Below, one piece after another: positions 25,065 to 37,364 of a stretch of 64,000 nt of DNA (positions are counted from its first letter, which is position 1; each line of letters begins with the position of its first letter). The position numbers and the translations under genes are program-made. The stretch is from contig JAPEUD010000019.1 in the NCBI GenBank assembly GCA_026026165.1, positions 186,001-250,000 of the forward strand. The letters are read 5' to 3'. Source of the stretch: Sarea resinae. Lineage: Eukaryota. The notes under the pieces are model-generated. The model was not told the origin of the DNA. It saw only the letters and a program-made list of their open reading frames with translations, and did not search any database.

Positions 25065-27039
25065 GTTTGCCCTCAGGTATGAAGCCAGCAGAACCCACAG
25101 CCAGCAAGAAAAGACGGTGGTGGTGCGCTATCGGTCAGGATTGTGCGATCGGTGGCCTGGCGCAAGAGTGAGGAGCGAGGTCCGAGATGGGCCAGTTAGG
25201 TGTGTATCTGAACGCGAGCTCACGGGCTGATTTGGCCAACAAGCATGGATGCTATCGAGTATCACCACGGCCGACACCGACCATCTTACAGATACACTCA
25301 GTTCACGCCTTCAATCATGAGGAGGATAACTGACCTCCAGCTACCGAGTGGTATCTCATGGTACAGAGAAGTACTTGGTCTGCAGACAGTCAACGTGAGC
25401 GAGCAAAGGTGCTTTGCAGGTACTTCGAGCACCGACTCAAATCAGGCTGTGACCTGAGCCAATGAGGCCCAGGAGTCTTGCACGGCTTCTTCCGTCAGAG
25501 CTCGAAGTGCAGAGCTAGTCCTCATGCGGACCACTAGCCACCCTATTGCGTACCGCAGATGGCCTGATAAGGAAAGGAATAATCGAATCCTAAGATGGTC
25601 CCCATCATTCTGTCTTCTACCTACCATCTTGGGCTTCTCAATGCGAGCAAAATACATGCTCAATCCATATGCGAACGGGATCAGCCAGGACCTCGGGCTT
25701 ACCTACCTTAGGTATCTTACCTAAAGGTAGGTGCATTCGCGTTTGATAGCCCTGGGGGCTTACCTAGCGGGCTATCATGGCTGTCACCACACCGTCGGCT
25801 GCTACCATATAGTGCCAGTTGCTAGCCAAGTGCCACCGATGGGCAAGCAGATCGAAGAGGGACAGAGCAACCTATGCACCTGGACTGGTCGTATATGTGT
25901 CGTAGGTGGAAAAAGAACGCGAAAACCAGATGATAGGGATCATCGTCGACGGAATGAGCATCTCCGTGTAGATAAATCAACTGTGGTCCGAGGTACTAGT
26001 AATAGCAACATCATTTGATACCTCGGGCTTTAGTATGTTTCGTGGAGATGATCTTCCAATGTACTACCGCGGTCGCTCTTACTTCTTCCAGCAGTGATAC
26101 AGGAGCGTCTACTCGAGTAGTCAAAGAGCTAATGACTGGGAGTCTGGGAAGGAACCTGGAAGGAAACGCCGTCGTACGAACCGAAGTCACTACTGCGTAC
26201 GAGTAAGGCACCTGCAACGAAACGATCGGGTACTCAGTGTACCAATATCTGCCCTGTGCAGCAGACACAACGGCCACTTACTGCTACCTCACCCGTTACT
26301 TTCTATCTCACCACAGTAGAGTGAGGTGGTAGGTACCTTATCTGTACCCTATTGAAGGAAGGTGAGTTCCAGCATCTGAGGTGTACAGAGTATACTCGTA
26401 AACCTAAGGTAGCCCGTATTGTTGTACCATAGAGTAAGGAAAGTACTGCCATTCACTCCACCTCAGTTGAGCTGGATTGGAATATGAATTCTTTGGCAAG
26501 GTGACTATCACAAACCTACCGCAATATTCGAGAGGTCCTCCCTGCCTAGAACTACCTAATGCCAAATCTTCTACTCTTCCCCGTCGACGCTGCCCGGGTC
26601 CGGAAGTCGTAGAGAACCAGGCATCATCGATCATCAATCGATCCTTACAGCGAAACTCAGGTTCCAGGTCCAGCCTTCCCACTCAAGTCGAAGTCACTCG
26701 TCAGACTTAACCTAGTCGAGACCTGTCGACTCGCAATCCGGTAAGCTCCCGCCTCGCTCGCTTTCCACACATCTTCTACTCTACTGCTACTACTCTACTT
26801 TACCTTACCCTACCTAAACCTCTCCTCAGCTTTCCTAAGGCTCATCTTCTTCGACTTCCTTTCTGTTGCGGTAAACACATCCCCCCCGTTCCCGCTACCC
26901 ATCGATCTCTCCCCCCGCCAATCGACTTCTCGTGCTCACCCGGCCGAGCCCGGACTCTTCCTTTTATCTTTGACAAGTCTTTCTCGACAGTCTTAGGATC
27001 GTGATACTTACAGGAGGCGACGTCGAATTCGTCGCGACC

Positions 27040-30000
27040 ATGGCGTCCACAGCCACGGCTGCCCCGTCGGCCAATGGTACCTCAGCCAACGCCAGCCTTT
27101 CCTCGACGCCGCCTAATCCGCCCGCGAGTGGGAATGGCAGGCCGCAATTCAAGACGATGTCGAGTAGCAAGTCAGCTGACGCCAGTCGAAAGACCGCCAG
27201 CAGTCCGTTTGACGGAGCTCAGCGGTAGGTCATCTTTCGTTTTGGACGACATCTACCTCGATCGAAGCGTTTCTCCAGACCTGCTTCCTGCATGCCGCCA
27301 CGGCATCAAAGCAATCCTTCCGTAGTTCCCGTCGAGTGGACCCTCTTCGCTTTTGCAGTGTCCAGATGTCTTACCCTTGATTCACACTAAGCACTCTCGA
27401 ATCTCATAACCATTTGTCTGCGCTCACCCTATTTTTTTTGCAAAACAATTGTATCAATCGCTTCCTGATATGCATTCATGCTCAACTTCTTACTAATACC
27501 GAACCGTGCTTTCGATTAGGAAACCTCCCACGCAGAATGCCTGGGCTCAGGGTACAAATCCTATCACTCAACGACCTTCACACTATGACCAGCAAAATGG
27601 CGTTGTGACTCAGACAAAGGGAGCGAGTACTTCGAGGGTGACCAATTCTACAACAAAAGAATCGAATACACCAGAGAAGCATGCGAACGATCGATTGTTA
27701 TTTCTGATGGCAAATTTCCTGGTGAGTGACGAGCAATTCCTTGTGGCTATCGAAGAATTAGTCATGTATGCCTCCATGCAACCGCACAATGTACTTTCGA
27801 GAAGATCTGATGTCCCAGGCCTGGATATGTACTCGTATTCTTGTTGAACACTCAGAGATTCCATTCGAATTTCTTTGTGCTGGATGCTTGGATGATCTGT
27901 ATTCAGCGTTCACGTCATATCAAAGCCCCTTGCTAAGAGTCTGGCTTCTCTAGGGACTCGATGCCTCGATTACTGTGAAAAACGGCGACAAATTCACGGG
28001 AATATTCTCTGGCGCGACGCTAGAGACGAATGAGACATCGTACGTCTTGAAGATGGTCAAAAAGGTAAAGGCGGTTGGGAAAGAGCAGGCCAATGGGGTT
28101 ACAGATGGGAGCGATGAATATCTGGGTACTGGGGACAGCCATGCAATGACATTTGAGATCAGAGATGTCATTGACCTTGCTGTTGAGGGTGCATCACTCA
28201 CTCAGACCCAGTCTAAATCTCAGAATGGTATGCTATATCTTCCGATACTTCCGTTCTATTTCAGTAGATCTGACTCTAGTAGGGATGGCTTCGAAGTTCA
28301 AGACCGATTCAGATATCTCTGGAAATTTCGCAATGCCGGTTCGCAACCTGCAACGCTGGGAGCCAGCAGATGACAGCGGTCTTGATCTCTCACTCGAAAG
28401 TGGAGGTAACACTGGCTGGGACCAGTTCGAGGCCAATGAACGTCTTTACGGAGTGAAGAGTGACTACGACGAGAACATCTATACAACGGCCATTGATCGC
28501 TCAAATCCATTGTATAAACAACGGGCAGCCGAAGCGGAAAGAATTGCCCGAGAGATCGAAGGGCAGGCTACGGCCAACGTCCACCTTGCCGAAGAGCGCG
28601 GGCTGAGGGGCGACGACACGGGTATCGATGAAGAAGAGCGGTATGTATTCCTTCAAATGCCACCTTCGGATCATCAATATTGATATTTCATAGATATAGT
28701 GGCGTACACCGTGGAGGAGCCGAATTTCCTCCATTGCAGTCTGGCCCGGGAAAAAAATACACTCCTCCCGCTCGACGACCGCCCACAGGCCAGCCTACCG
28801 TGTCAGGGGCGCCAGTGGATCCGGCAATAATCTCGTCTCAGATCGCTCGCCCTGACCCTTCTGCGAAGAAGCCTGCACAGGATAAGTCGGTTCCTCCGGT
28901 TTCTCGGCAAGAGGCCCCTAGCAAACAAGCCAATGAGCAGGTCAAGAAGACCAGCACTGATTCGACTGCCAAGCCCGACGAGAAACCAGTAGCTACAACA
29001 GTGACTAGCTCCGAGACTGTTCCCTCTATCAAAGGAGTCACCGACGCTGAGCACAAGTCTACGAACGCCAAGACCAGCGGACCAAGCGTCTCTGCTTCTC
29101 CGAATAGGACTCATGGAGGTCCTGAAAATGCCACAGCCAACGTGGAAACAGAATTGCTTGATTCGTTCAAGCAATTTGCTAATAGTGAGAAGATGCGCGT
29201 CCAGGAACGGCGTCGCAACCAAGCCTCTCATGACAAGGCCATCAAGTTGAATGACTTGATGAAGTTCTCAAAGAATTTCAAGCTCATGACGCCGGTACCG
29301 AAAGATCTCGTGCCCATATTAGCCAAAGATAAAACCAAACAAGAAGAGATTATCGAAAAGGCTCGACGTAATGCGGAGGCGCCCAAGTCCAGTCCAGGAT
29401 CTTCGGTTGCAAAACCGACAGCCACTCCCACTGAGCAGAAAACGCAGCGTCCTGCGGCTGCTACGAGATACGACACTAGTGCTAACACTTCAAATGCCGC
29501 AGCGGATCGCCAGAGCTTCTTGCGTGGACGCCAAGGGTACTCGACGCAAGCGCCTTATAACAATCAGACGTCAAGGGGCGAAAGAGGGGTCCCGCCACAG
29601 AATTTGCCGCTGACATCTCCTCGTGGACCTGGTCTCTTGAGCCAGAGATTAGCCAACATCCAGCAGCAAAATCGCGCTGGAGGAGCTTTGCCGAATGTTC
29701 CCTCACCCTTGCCGATACAGGAGGTCCGGCTACCGCCGACCGGTCCAGCCGCCGGGTCTACAGGAATCTCTAGTCCTCAAAAGACTACGGCAGGCCTCAC
29801 ACCAACCTCGGCCATGGCATCCAAATTTAATGTCAAAGCATTGGAATTTAAGCCAAATCCGGCCGCGAGCGCTTTCACGCCCACTGGAAACCCGAGCGTT
29901 TCCTCAAGTCCACGATCGAATACAAATGCTCGCCCAACTTCACGAGTCTCCAGTCCATCGAGCTTTTTTGGAAACAAGAAACCTCTACCCACAGCTGAGA

Positions 30001-31114
30001 GGCCGTCAATCAATGATCACTTCAGTCCTATCAAACGTTTGAAGAAAGAGGCTGAGACCGAGAAGAAGGATTATGCATTCAATGGAGACATTAAACCAGC
30101 TTATACTACTAAGCCGACCTGGGATGTCGCCAAAGAGAATGAAAACAAGTCATACAAAGACATGTTTGATAGAGTACCATCTGCTCCTCCCTCGCACACC
30201 GCGAGCCCTCATCCTCCTCTCCCCCATCAACATCAATTGCCGTTCCATCTACAGCAAGGCGCCCAAGGCGTACCACAGGTCCAAACGCCACATGCTGCGC
30301 CACAGCACCTTCAACCGCAACCTCACTATCCAGCAGGTGGCCCTCATCATTTTGATGACCACCGCATGCATGCTTCGGCGTCATCATCTTCCATGTTTCC
30401 CTCTCCTCGCCTACAGCAGATAAATCTCGCCTATCCTTCGCCAATGAGTCAGCATGCTCAGCTAGCAACTTATGGCCAACCGATGCCTCAGTATGCAATG
30501 GGGCCCGGCGGCCCACAAATTGCTCATGTCAGGCAGTATCCTGGCGGTCCGCAATTCGTCAATCCACAAGGAGGGCACATTGCTCCCATGATGGTACATC
30601 AACAATCTGGCGGACCTTTCATGGGCGTTCCGCAAGGCATTCCATTCCAGCCGCATATGTATTCGCCTGCCCAGGCTCATGCGTATCCAGGTGGTCCACC
30701 TCCACAAGGTACTAACGGCTATCCAAGCCCTGGAAGAGGGGCACCGATGATGATCCACCAAGGGTCTCAACAAGGTCAACCGCCGCAGCAAATGATGTGG
30801 ATGAGTCCCGCCCATCATGGTCAGCCAATGTATGCTGCACAACAACCAGGGCAAAGTAAAAAATATCCTGTCTTCTTCTTTAACAAATTCTGACCTCTTT
30901 AGTGACGCCAATGCGGGGTGGATATCCTCCCCAGCAATCGCACTTCGCAAGCAGCCCACATCAGCCGCATCATTTCCCGCCTCAACCACATCGAGCTGGT
31001 CCCAATGGCAACTATGGTCAAGGTCCCCCACCTCCTCATGCCGCTGGTCAGCAAGTACCGCCACCTACAGCAGCTGCCGCTCGTACGTCGGATGGGCCTG
31101 AGGATGCTAAATGA
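27040..31114 (+). CDS. PBP1: Poly(A)-binding-protein binding protein / ataxin-2 homolog (LSm, LsmAD, PAM2), ~1130 aa
   Basis: Exons 27040-27224, 27520-27721, 27954-28227, 28283-28640, 28694-30855, 30903-31114, all joining in frame. LsmAD WDQFEANERLYGVKSDYDENIYTT; PAM2-like SKFNVKALEFKP. Probable 5'UTR intron 26741-27013. Confidence 0.93.
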
Positions 31115-31842
31115 ACATCGAATGAAGTTTATTGATGCACATATTCTGCCTTGGTGGCACCAATCGCAATGACATGCGGTTGAACCTTGGTGTTGCTCAA
31201 ACCCATCTCTTACTTTGTTTATCTGTCCTGGCTGCATATAGCGTGGCTGTTGCAAAAGCTGCCTTCTTTCCTTTGCTGTTCTGACGGCATCATCAGCGAA
31301 GTGGCGTTCTGGAAAAGTCTCTCTATTCTCTGGTGTTTGAGAGAGCTCTTTACGCAGAGGCCACGGCTGCAGCAGTTGGGATGTTATGTGGGTCAAAGAT
31401 GAGAAGGGACGAGATCATGTCGCCTCGCATCGAATGCGGGTGAGGCGAATCTTCCAGGGGTGGATACTGGAGGGGAGAGCAGAGGAGAGAAGCGGTAAGG
31501 GAAACTTGTGGGGAGGCTGATGGGGATAGATGGAGAGGGCAGATGACATTGCTTGGTGGCTGGCTTGCACTGTTTTATAAAGAATCCCGATAGTAAATCT
31601 GGCAATAGACAATATTGCGTGCTGTCCCAGGTCTTGGCTGGGTCTGATTGCTGCGAGGGATGACCAAGCAGAGTGGCATGGTATTATCTACGTGCAGAAG
31701 GGGCTTACAGAGGTCGTTCCACGGGCATTGGTCCCAAAAGATAGCCCTTTATTGCGCCGAAGAAGTTCCTTTTAGGCATATGTTATGTACAGTAATGGCA
31801 AATCTCCACTCCGCGCCACGGCTTTGTAATCCCAAGTTGATG

Positions 31843-32714
31843 CTATGATGTGGTTTCAGCGCTATTCTTCCTGAACGAAACCTTTTCCACCCCAACCGTC
31901 TCGACTCCGTTGGCGTCGGTCCGCAATTGGTATACGTAAAGCACGAGTACATCCCCTTGGACCTGTGTTGAGCGGTAGGTGTGTCAGCAGCAGCACCGGC
32001 AGCGCGAGCCCCTGAAGAAGCCGTATCGACAGAGGGCACGGGAAAGGGAGATCGAAAGAGGCAAACTCACGTCCATCAGACAAAAGCTCGGCACGGGCTC
32101 CTCGCCCTCGCCCCACCAAGCCGTACTCACAGCCCCCGTCGCACTGCCCGGGTTCACGAAGAACTTGCCCTCCAACTCGTAAGCCTCGAAGCGATGGGTA
32201 CCACCCCACAGCAGGACATCGACATCCATCTGGCGAGCGGCAATCAGCAAGCTATCGGCATCGCCCGGCGGCACGATCGTGTGGCCATGCGTGAAGCCGA
32301 TGCGTAGCGTGCCGTGCGTGACCACCTTCGAGAGCGCGAGGTTGGGCGCGTCGACGTCGTAGTCGCCCTTGGTGATCTGGAGGTCGGGCGCGATCGTGCG
32401 CAGGTAGTCGTACGTCTCTTTCGACGTCAGGTTGCCCAGACATAGGATTTGGCCGATTTTCCCAGGCGTCAGGAGTTTCTTGAATTTCGTGGGGATGTCC
32501 TGGGGTTTGGGGGATCGCTGGGTTAGCTTGCTGTGCGATTTTCTTCGTTCGCCGTGATTGTCTGTCTCACGGGCTGGCTGGTTGGTCCACCAGCTGGCGG
32601 ATTGGGTCTGTGGGATCATGATAGAGGCAAGAAGCGGGGAACAATGGCTCGACTTACAGGTGCCCTGTCGGGGATGAAGAGGTCCCCTAGCACCAGGACC
32701 AATCTCGAAGACAT
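31843..32714 (-). CDS. VPS29: Retromer subunit Vps29 (201 aa)
   Basis: Exons 32714-32658, 32499-32071, 31962-31843. MSSRLVLVLGDLFIPDRAPDIPTKFKKLL...ILCLGNL...GGTHRFEAYE...NPGSATGA...PSFCLMDVQG. Confidence 0.96.
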
Positions 32715-33588
32715 GGCGGTTCAGGAGCCACAGTCTTCGATGCCGATTCTGCTGCTGGTGCTCACGCAGTTGATGCTCGGGGCGCAAGTATTATGGGAAG
32801 TCGGTCTAGGGGTTGTGGTTGTGGTTGTGATTATTGCGACTGGCGCGCCTACATCTCATGCATTGGCTACTACTGACACCGACTGATTGACTGACTGACG
32901 TTGGTGATGGACTGCGATGGATGGACTGGGATGGGTCGGATCTTGCCGAGCGAGCTGTACTATTATGTATGCAGACTGACAATAGCAGTTGGGGGGATGA
33001 CACTATGGGAGTATTACAATCAACCAGTCTACTACGAACTCGATAGATGAGGCTGAAGCCGTTCGATTCACTGTGAAGCTCAATCAATTTGAAGCGATAC
33101 TGGTGTTGTTGATATCATGCGCGCAGCCTGAGCATGCCCTCTGGAGGAGCGTGCCGGATTCCGCCAGTGACGCTACGGAGTACTGACTTGTGCGACTTTT
33201 GCCGTGGACACGAATTACGCTTAGGTAAAAAGTAAAAGAAGAGGCAAGAGTCATACGGCGGTTCACGAAAAGCCATCAATTGAGGGCGGTGACTGGACGG
33301 GGTGCAGTGATCATGCTTGGCTGGTAGAGGAAAACTTTTCAATCCGTCATCACCACTTCTTATAAACATCACGGTGTCCTGACCTCACTAGCCCTCCACT
33401 CCATTCCACTGTCATCGTCCATTGTCGTCATCTCCTCCCCTCTCCTCCCCTCCTCTCCTCTCCCCTCCTCTCTCGGACAAGCCTGTGCCTGTCCGCCTCG
33501 GCCAATCACCCTCCCCCGAGATATCCCGCCCCACCACCTGGCCCCTCCCCCCTCCCCCCACCTCCGCTACCCCGCCACTACCACCGCC

Positions 33589-33786
33589 CTGGCTCCTCCA
33601 CGGGCACAGTCCAGATTAAGTCTCATCTCGAGACATCTGGACAGACGACCCGTGCTTGAGCTACACACTCCTTTCACCACCGAAAGAGACGCATCGCCCG
33701 AAGACGACATCGATCCAACTGTCCCTGCCGCCACTCCCTCAAACCGTCAGCAACAGATCAGCACCACCGCCGAGAAGATAGGCAAT
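33589..33786 (+). CDS. Predicted CUG-initiated N-terminal extension of AGX1 carrying a PTS2 nonapeptide
   Basis: In frame with the AUG, with no stop back to 33328. accgccCTGg context at 33589. Encodes APPRAQS-RLSLISRHL (33613-33639). No AUG seen in any frame between the TATA box and 33787. Confidence 0.6.
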
Positions 33787-35161
33787 ATGTCGTCAGATCA
33801 AGCGTCCAATCAGGCAGCGCATCCCGCGCTTCTCATCCCCGGCCCGATTGAGTTCGATGATGCCGTTCTACAGGCCATGGGCCATTTCAGGTCCGTACAC
33901 GTCTAGTCAAGCCCCATTACTTGCCCATTACTGACTGTGTCCAGTGAGAGCCATGTCGGCGCGCCCTTCGTCAGCGTCTTCGGCGAGACGCTCACCATGC
34001 TCCGCAAGCTCTTTCAGACTTCGAATCCTGCATCGCAACCCTTTGTCATCTCTGGCTCCGGTACTCTAGGCTGGGATCTGGTGGCGGCGAATCTGGCAGA
34101 ACCCGGCGACGACGTCTTGGTGCTGCATACCGGGTATTTCGCCGATTCGTTCTCCGACTGCTTCGAGACCTACGGCGCCAAAGCTACTCAGCTCAAAGCG
34201 CCAATTGGCGACCGTCCCCAGCTTCCAGAGATAGAGAAGGCCTTGAAGGAGAAGAAGTATAAGATTGTCACCGTCACGCACGTCGATACCTCCACTGGTG
34301 TCCTGAGCGAGCTCGCCGCCTTGTCCGATCTAGTGCATCGAGTATCTCCCGAGACGTTGGTTGTGGTGGACGGCGTATGCAGCGTCGGCTGCGAAGAGAT
34401 CCGGTTCGACGACTGGGGTCTCGACGTGGTCCTGACCGCCAGCCAAAAGGCCATTGGGTGTCCAGCCGGTCTGAGCATCCTGATGGCCTCCGGCCGCGCG
34501 ATCGAGACGTTCAAAGCCCGCAAGACGCCACCGGGCTCCTACTTTGCTTCGTTCAAGAACTGGCTCCCTAGTAAGTTCTAGTATACACCGTTATCTTCAT
34601 TACCTTCTAACCGTGCGATTCACAGTCATGCAAAACTACGAAGCCAAGAAAGCATCTTACTTTGCGACTCCCTCTCCCCAACTCGTCCGCGCCCTCCACA
34701 CGACCCTCACCCAGATCCTCTCCAAGCCGCTCTCGGACCGCTTCGCCGCCCACCGCGCCGCATCGCAGAAAATCAAAGCCACGGTCTCGGAGCTGGGCCT
34801 CCACCAACTGGCTGACAAGCCGGAGAACCAAGCCAACGGCATGACGGCCATCTACCTGCCCGAAGGCGTCAAGGCGGCCGATATCCTGCCGAATCTGCTG
34901 AAGAAGGGTGTCATTTTCGCTGGCGGGCTACACAAGGAGATTGCCGCCAAGTATGTACGGTTTGGACATATGGGTGTCAGTGTGGTGAGTTACCTTTTCT
35001 ACCTTTATCTTCTTCCAACTTTTACGAACCGTCCCCACTTTTTCATCTCATCCTGTGCGCTAACTTTGATGTTCCAGACGGACCCAAAGAGAGATGATAT
35101 CGACCGTGCGCTCAACGCACTTAAGACTGGATTGGCCGAGGCTGGTTACTCAAAAGCGTGA
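33787..35161 (+). CDS. AGX1: Alanine-glyoxylate / serine-pyruvate aminotransferase (class V PLP enzyme), 390 aa from the AUG
   Basis: Exons 33787-33890, 33945-34570, 34626-34984, 35078-35161. Motifs LLIPGPIE, GSGTLGWD, THVDTSTGV, VDGVCS, TASQKAIG (PLP lysine), RFGHMG. TATAAA at 33361. Confidence 0.95.
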
Positions 35162-35685
35162 TTGATCATAGATAAAAAAAAGGGTCTCGTTGGATTTCTT
35201 CTCTGCAAGCCTAGAATATAAAATTCAAAACTCAAAACCATGGAACAAGAATACGCATCTGACTGAGTGATTATGTCTTCTCAATCTCCATTCTTTTAAA
35301 TTCTTTTCTTAAGACGCTTTCGTTGGACTCAATCTACTAGCTGATCAACGTTGACATCTCCCTTTCAGCTCATACCATTTCACGTTGGTTGGAACTTGGA
35401 TATAATCATAGCAACTCATTCATTCACTTACTCATTTAGAAGCTCATTCATTCACTGGTCAAGGAAAGAAAATGTGGACCTTGGCAATATCAACAAGTTC
35501 TCATCTTCGATCAACATTTATCTCGATAGAGAGATTTTTAGGCAAGGAGCCGACCGAAAATAAAATGGGAAAAGCAAAATAAAGCAAAATAAAACTTGAA
35601 CCAAGAGAACGGCATCCTCCAACTTCTCAGCCCAGGGACAAGAAACAAACCCGTCAGCTCATCAAAACCATCATCATCATCATCT

Positions 35686-36072
35686 CTACCTCGCCTTCCC
35701 CTGACCCAGCACCTGCGGATAATGATATATCTTCGACGCTCCTGCCGCCGCCACCACCACCTCATCGCCGCCTACCACACCGCCCATATAACCCAGCCCC
35801 CCCAACCCAGCCAGGCGAACCACACCGCCCGGCACATCGGCCCGCCGCGTGCCCGAGACGCGGATCCCCGTCCCCGCCCCCTCCTCGGCCCGATCGATCG
35901 CGCACTCGGCACAGCATCCCTCGTGCGCGGCGGCGCGCCGGAGCACCTCGACCTCGGCGCCGTCGACGCAGCGTTTCGTGCGTGAGTCGATGCCGTGCGT
36001 GCAGGGGGCTAGGATCGCGGTGCGCTTGACGTGCGCGCAGAGGCGGTAGGTTAGGCGCTGGATTTGACACAT
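35686..36072 (-). CDS. Small 'MC' Cys/His putative zinc-binding protein, copy D, with Gly/Val-rich tail (128 aa)
   Basis: MCQIQRLTYRLCAH-x9-C-x10-C-x18-CAEC. Start context caaccATG; TATAAAA (-) at 36270-36276. Confidence 0.75.
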   Translation of the reverse strand: MCQIQRLTYRLCAHVKRTAILAPCTHGIDSRTKRCVDGAEVEVLRRAAAHEGCCAECAIDRAEEGAGTGIRVSGTRRADVPGGVVRLAGLGGLGYMGGVVGGDEVVVAAAGASKIYHYPQVLGQGKAR

Positions 36073-36354
36073 GGTTGTTTTGTTGGTTTGTCAGGCGGAG
36101 GGAGGTGGGGTTGCTGGATTGGATGATGGTTGGTGGGGCTGTTGGATTGGAGTCGGTGTTTGTACTTTCAAAAAAAAAAAGTCCGAAGGCGCAGAAGATG
36201 CTTGATTGATGCTTGGGTATTGGTCGTGATGGGTTTTCTGGATCTAGCATGGCGCTCACGAGGGGGGGGTTTTATATCCCCCCTCTGTCCCTGTCGTCGC
36301 CATTTCTCGAAGACGGTGCGAGAGCCATCTGAGAACAGCATTAGATCAGCAGTG

Positions 36355-36394
36355 GAACAGTATGAGAACAGTATGATAACAGTATGATAGCAGT
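36355..36394. repeat. 11-bp tandem repeat (GAACAGTATGA, ~3.5 copies) upstream of MC copy D
   Basis: gaacagtatga gaacagtatga taacagtatga tagcagt. Confidence 0.8.
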
Positions 36395-36865
36395 CACAGA
36401 AGCGATCATAGATGTTGAATGCTAAATGTTGCCTACTGCCTGCTGCTTGTTACTTACTACCTTCTGCTAGCAGGAGTAAAACTTCTGTTCACCGAGCTTG
36501 CGTTGAGGCTTTCTTAAAACATGGTCTCATAGTGGTTCGCATAACACCAGTACGGGCTGCTTGCCGTCATCCATTTGAGAGTGCCGATGTTGTGTAGGTA
36601 CGCATTGTCAGAAGAGGGCGGGAGGTGAAGGGCTGGGGCTTTGTCCTGTTCTGAAACTATCGCTCTTCTGGCCGCTTTTGTGGTACTATTTCTTTCGGGA
36701 GGAGAGGGGGAAAAAAGAGAGCTGTAGATTAATTCCTTCTCTTTGTCCTTTCTCTCTATGTTCGTCTTTGCTTTCTTCCTCTTGTTCTTCTATATTCAAC
36801 ATGTTCGCGCGAGGCGTTCTTTGTGTCTAGTTTAGCTCTCTTTGTTCCTGTTTTCTTTCTTACTT

Positions 36866-37063
36866 ATGTGCTTTATTACTATCTCTACCTATACCTGTCT
36901 ACACGCACCTAAGTGTTCATAGCTTACGCGGAGGATTTTCCTTTGGTGTTTCTAGGTATCTGCTCTATTTTAGATTTGTGTGTCTTGTTCTTCCTATCAG
37001 GCTTGTTACAGTATATCTGTAGGTAATGCATTCACAGCCTACGGAATCTGCATAGGGCTGTAA
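36866..37063 (+). pseudogene. Degenerate 'MC' family copy interrupted by three in-frame TAG codons
   Basis: Reads MCFITISTYTCLHAPKCS*LTRRIFLWCF*VSALF*ICVSC...GL*. Matches M-C-x6-Y-x-C-x-H and has an in-frame CxxC; lies between copies D and E. Confidence 0.45.
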
Positions 37064-37364
37064 TAGAGATCCTTGTTTAGCACATTGCGTGATGTTTACT
37101 ATCATTTCTCGTTATAGGATTACGCGTCACATTTCACAGGATAATATATTCGATATTGAAGGGGACATAGGATTGCTTTACCTGATAAAGGAGATACTGA
37201 CCGCAAAACAGAACACAAAATGACGGAGGGGAGATCCAAACCAAAAGAGAACGAAAAGGAGCTCACTTACCTCGCCTATCATGACCAAAGTCCTCTCAAT
37301 CTAGATTCCTTACTGTCAGAAAAAAAGTCTAGGACAACATACCTTGAAGCAGAGATGCTCCGAC

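Noticed and set aside
27225..27953. Long PBP1 introns as possible snoRNA hosts
   Set aside because: No convincing C/D or H/ACA box pair seen by eye; an Rfam/snoscan search would be needed.
35159..35221. AGX1 stop read-through would give ...LLCKPRI*, a PTS1-like ending
   Set aside because: Stop context is TGA-TTG, not the TGA-CTA read-through motif, and PRI is a weak PTS1; probably chance.
36355..36394. Short direct repeats as a CRISPR-like array
   Set aside because: Head-to-tail 11-bp units without spacers, eukaryotic context, no cas genes.
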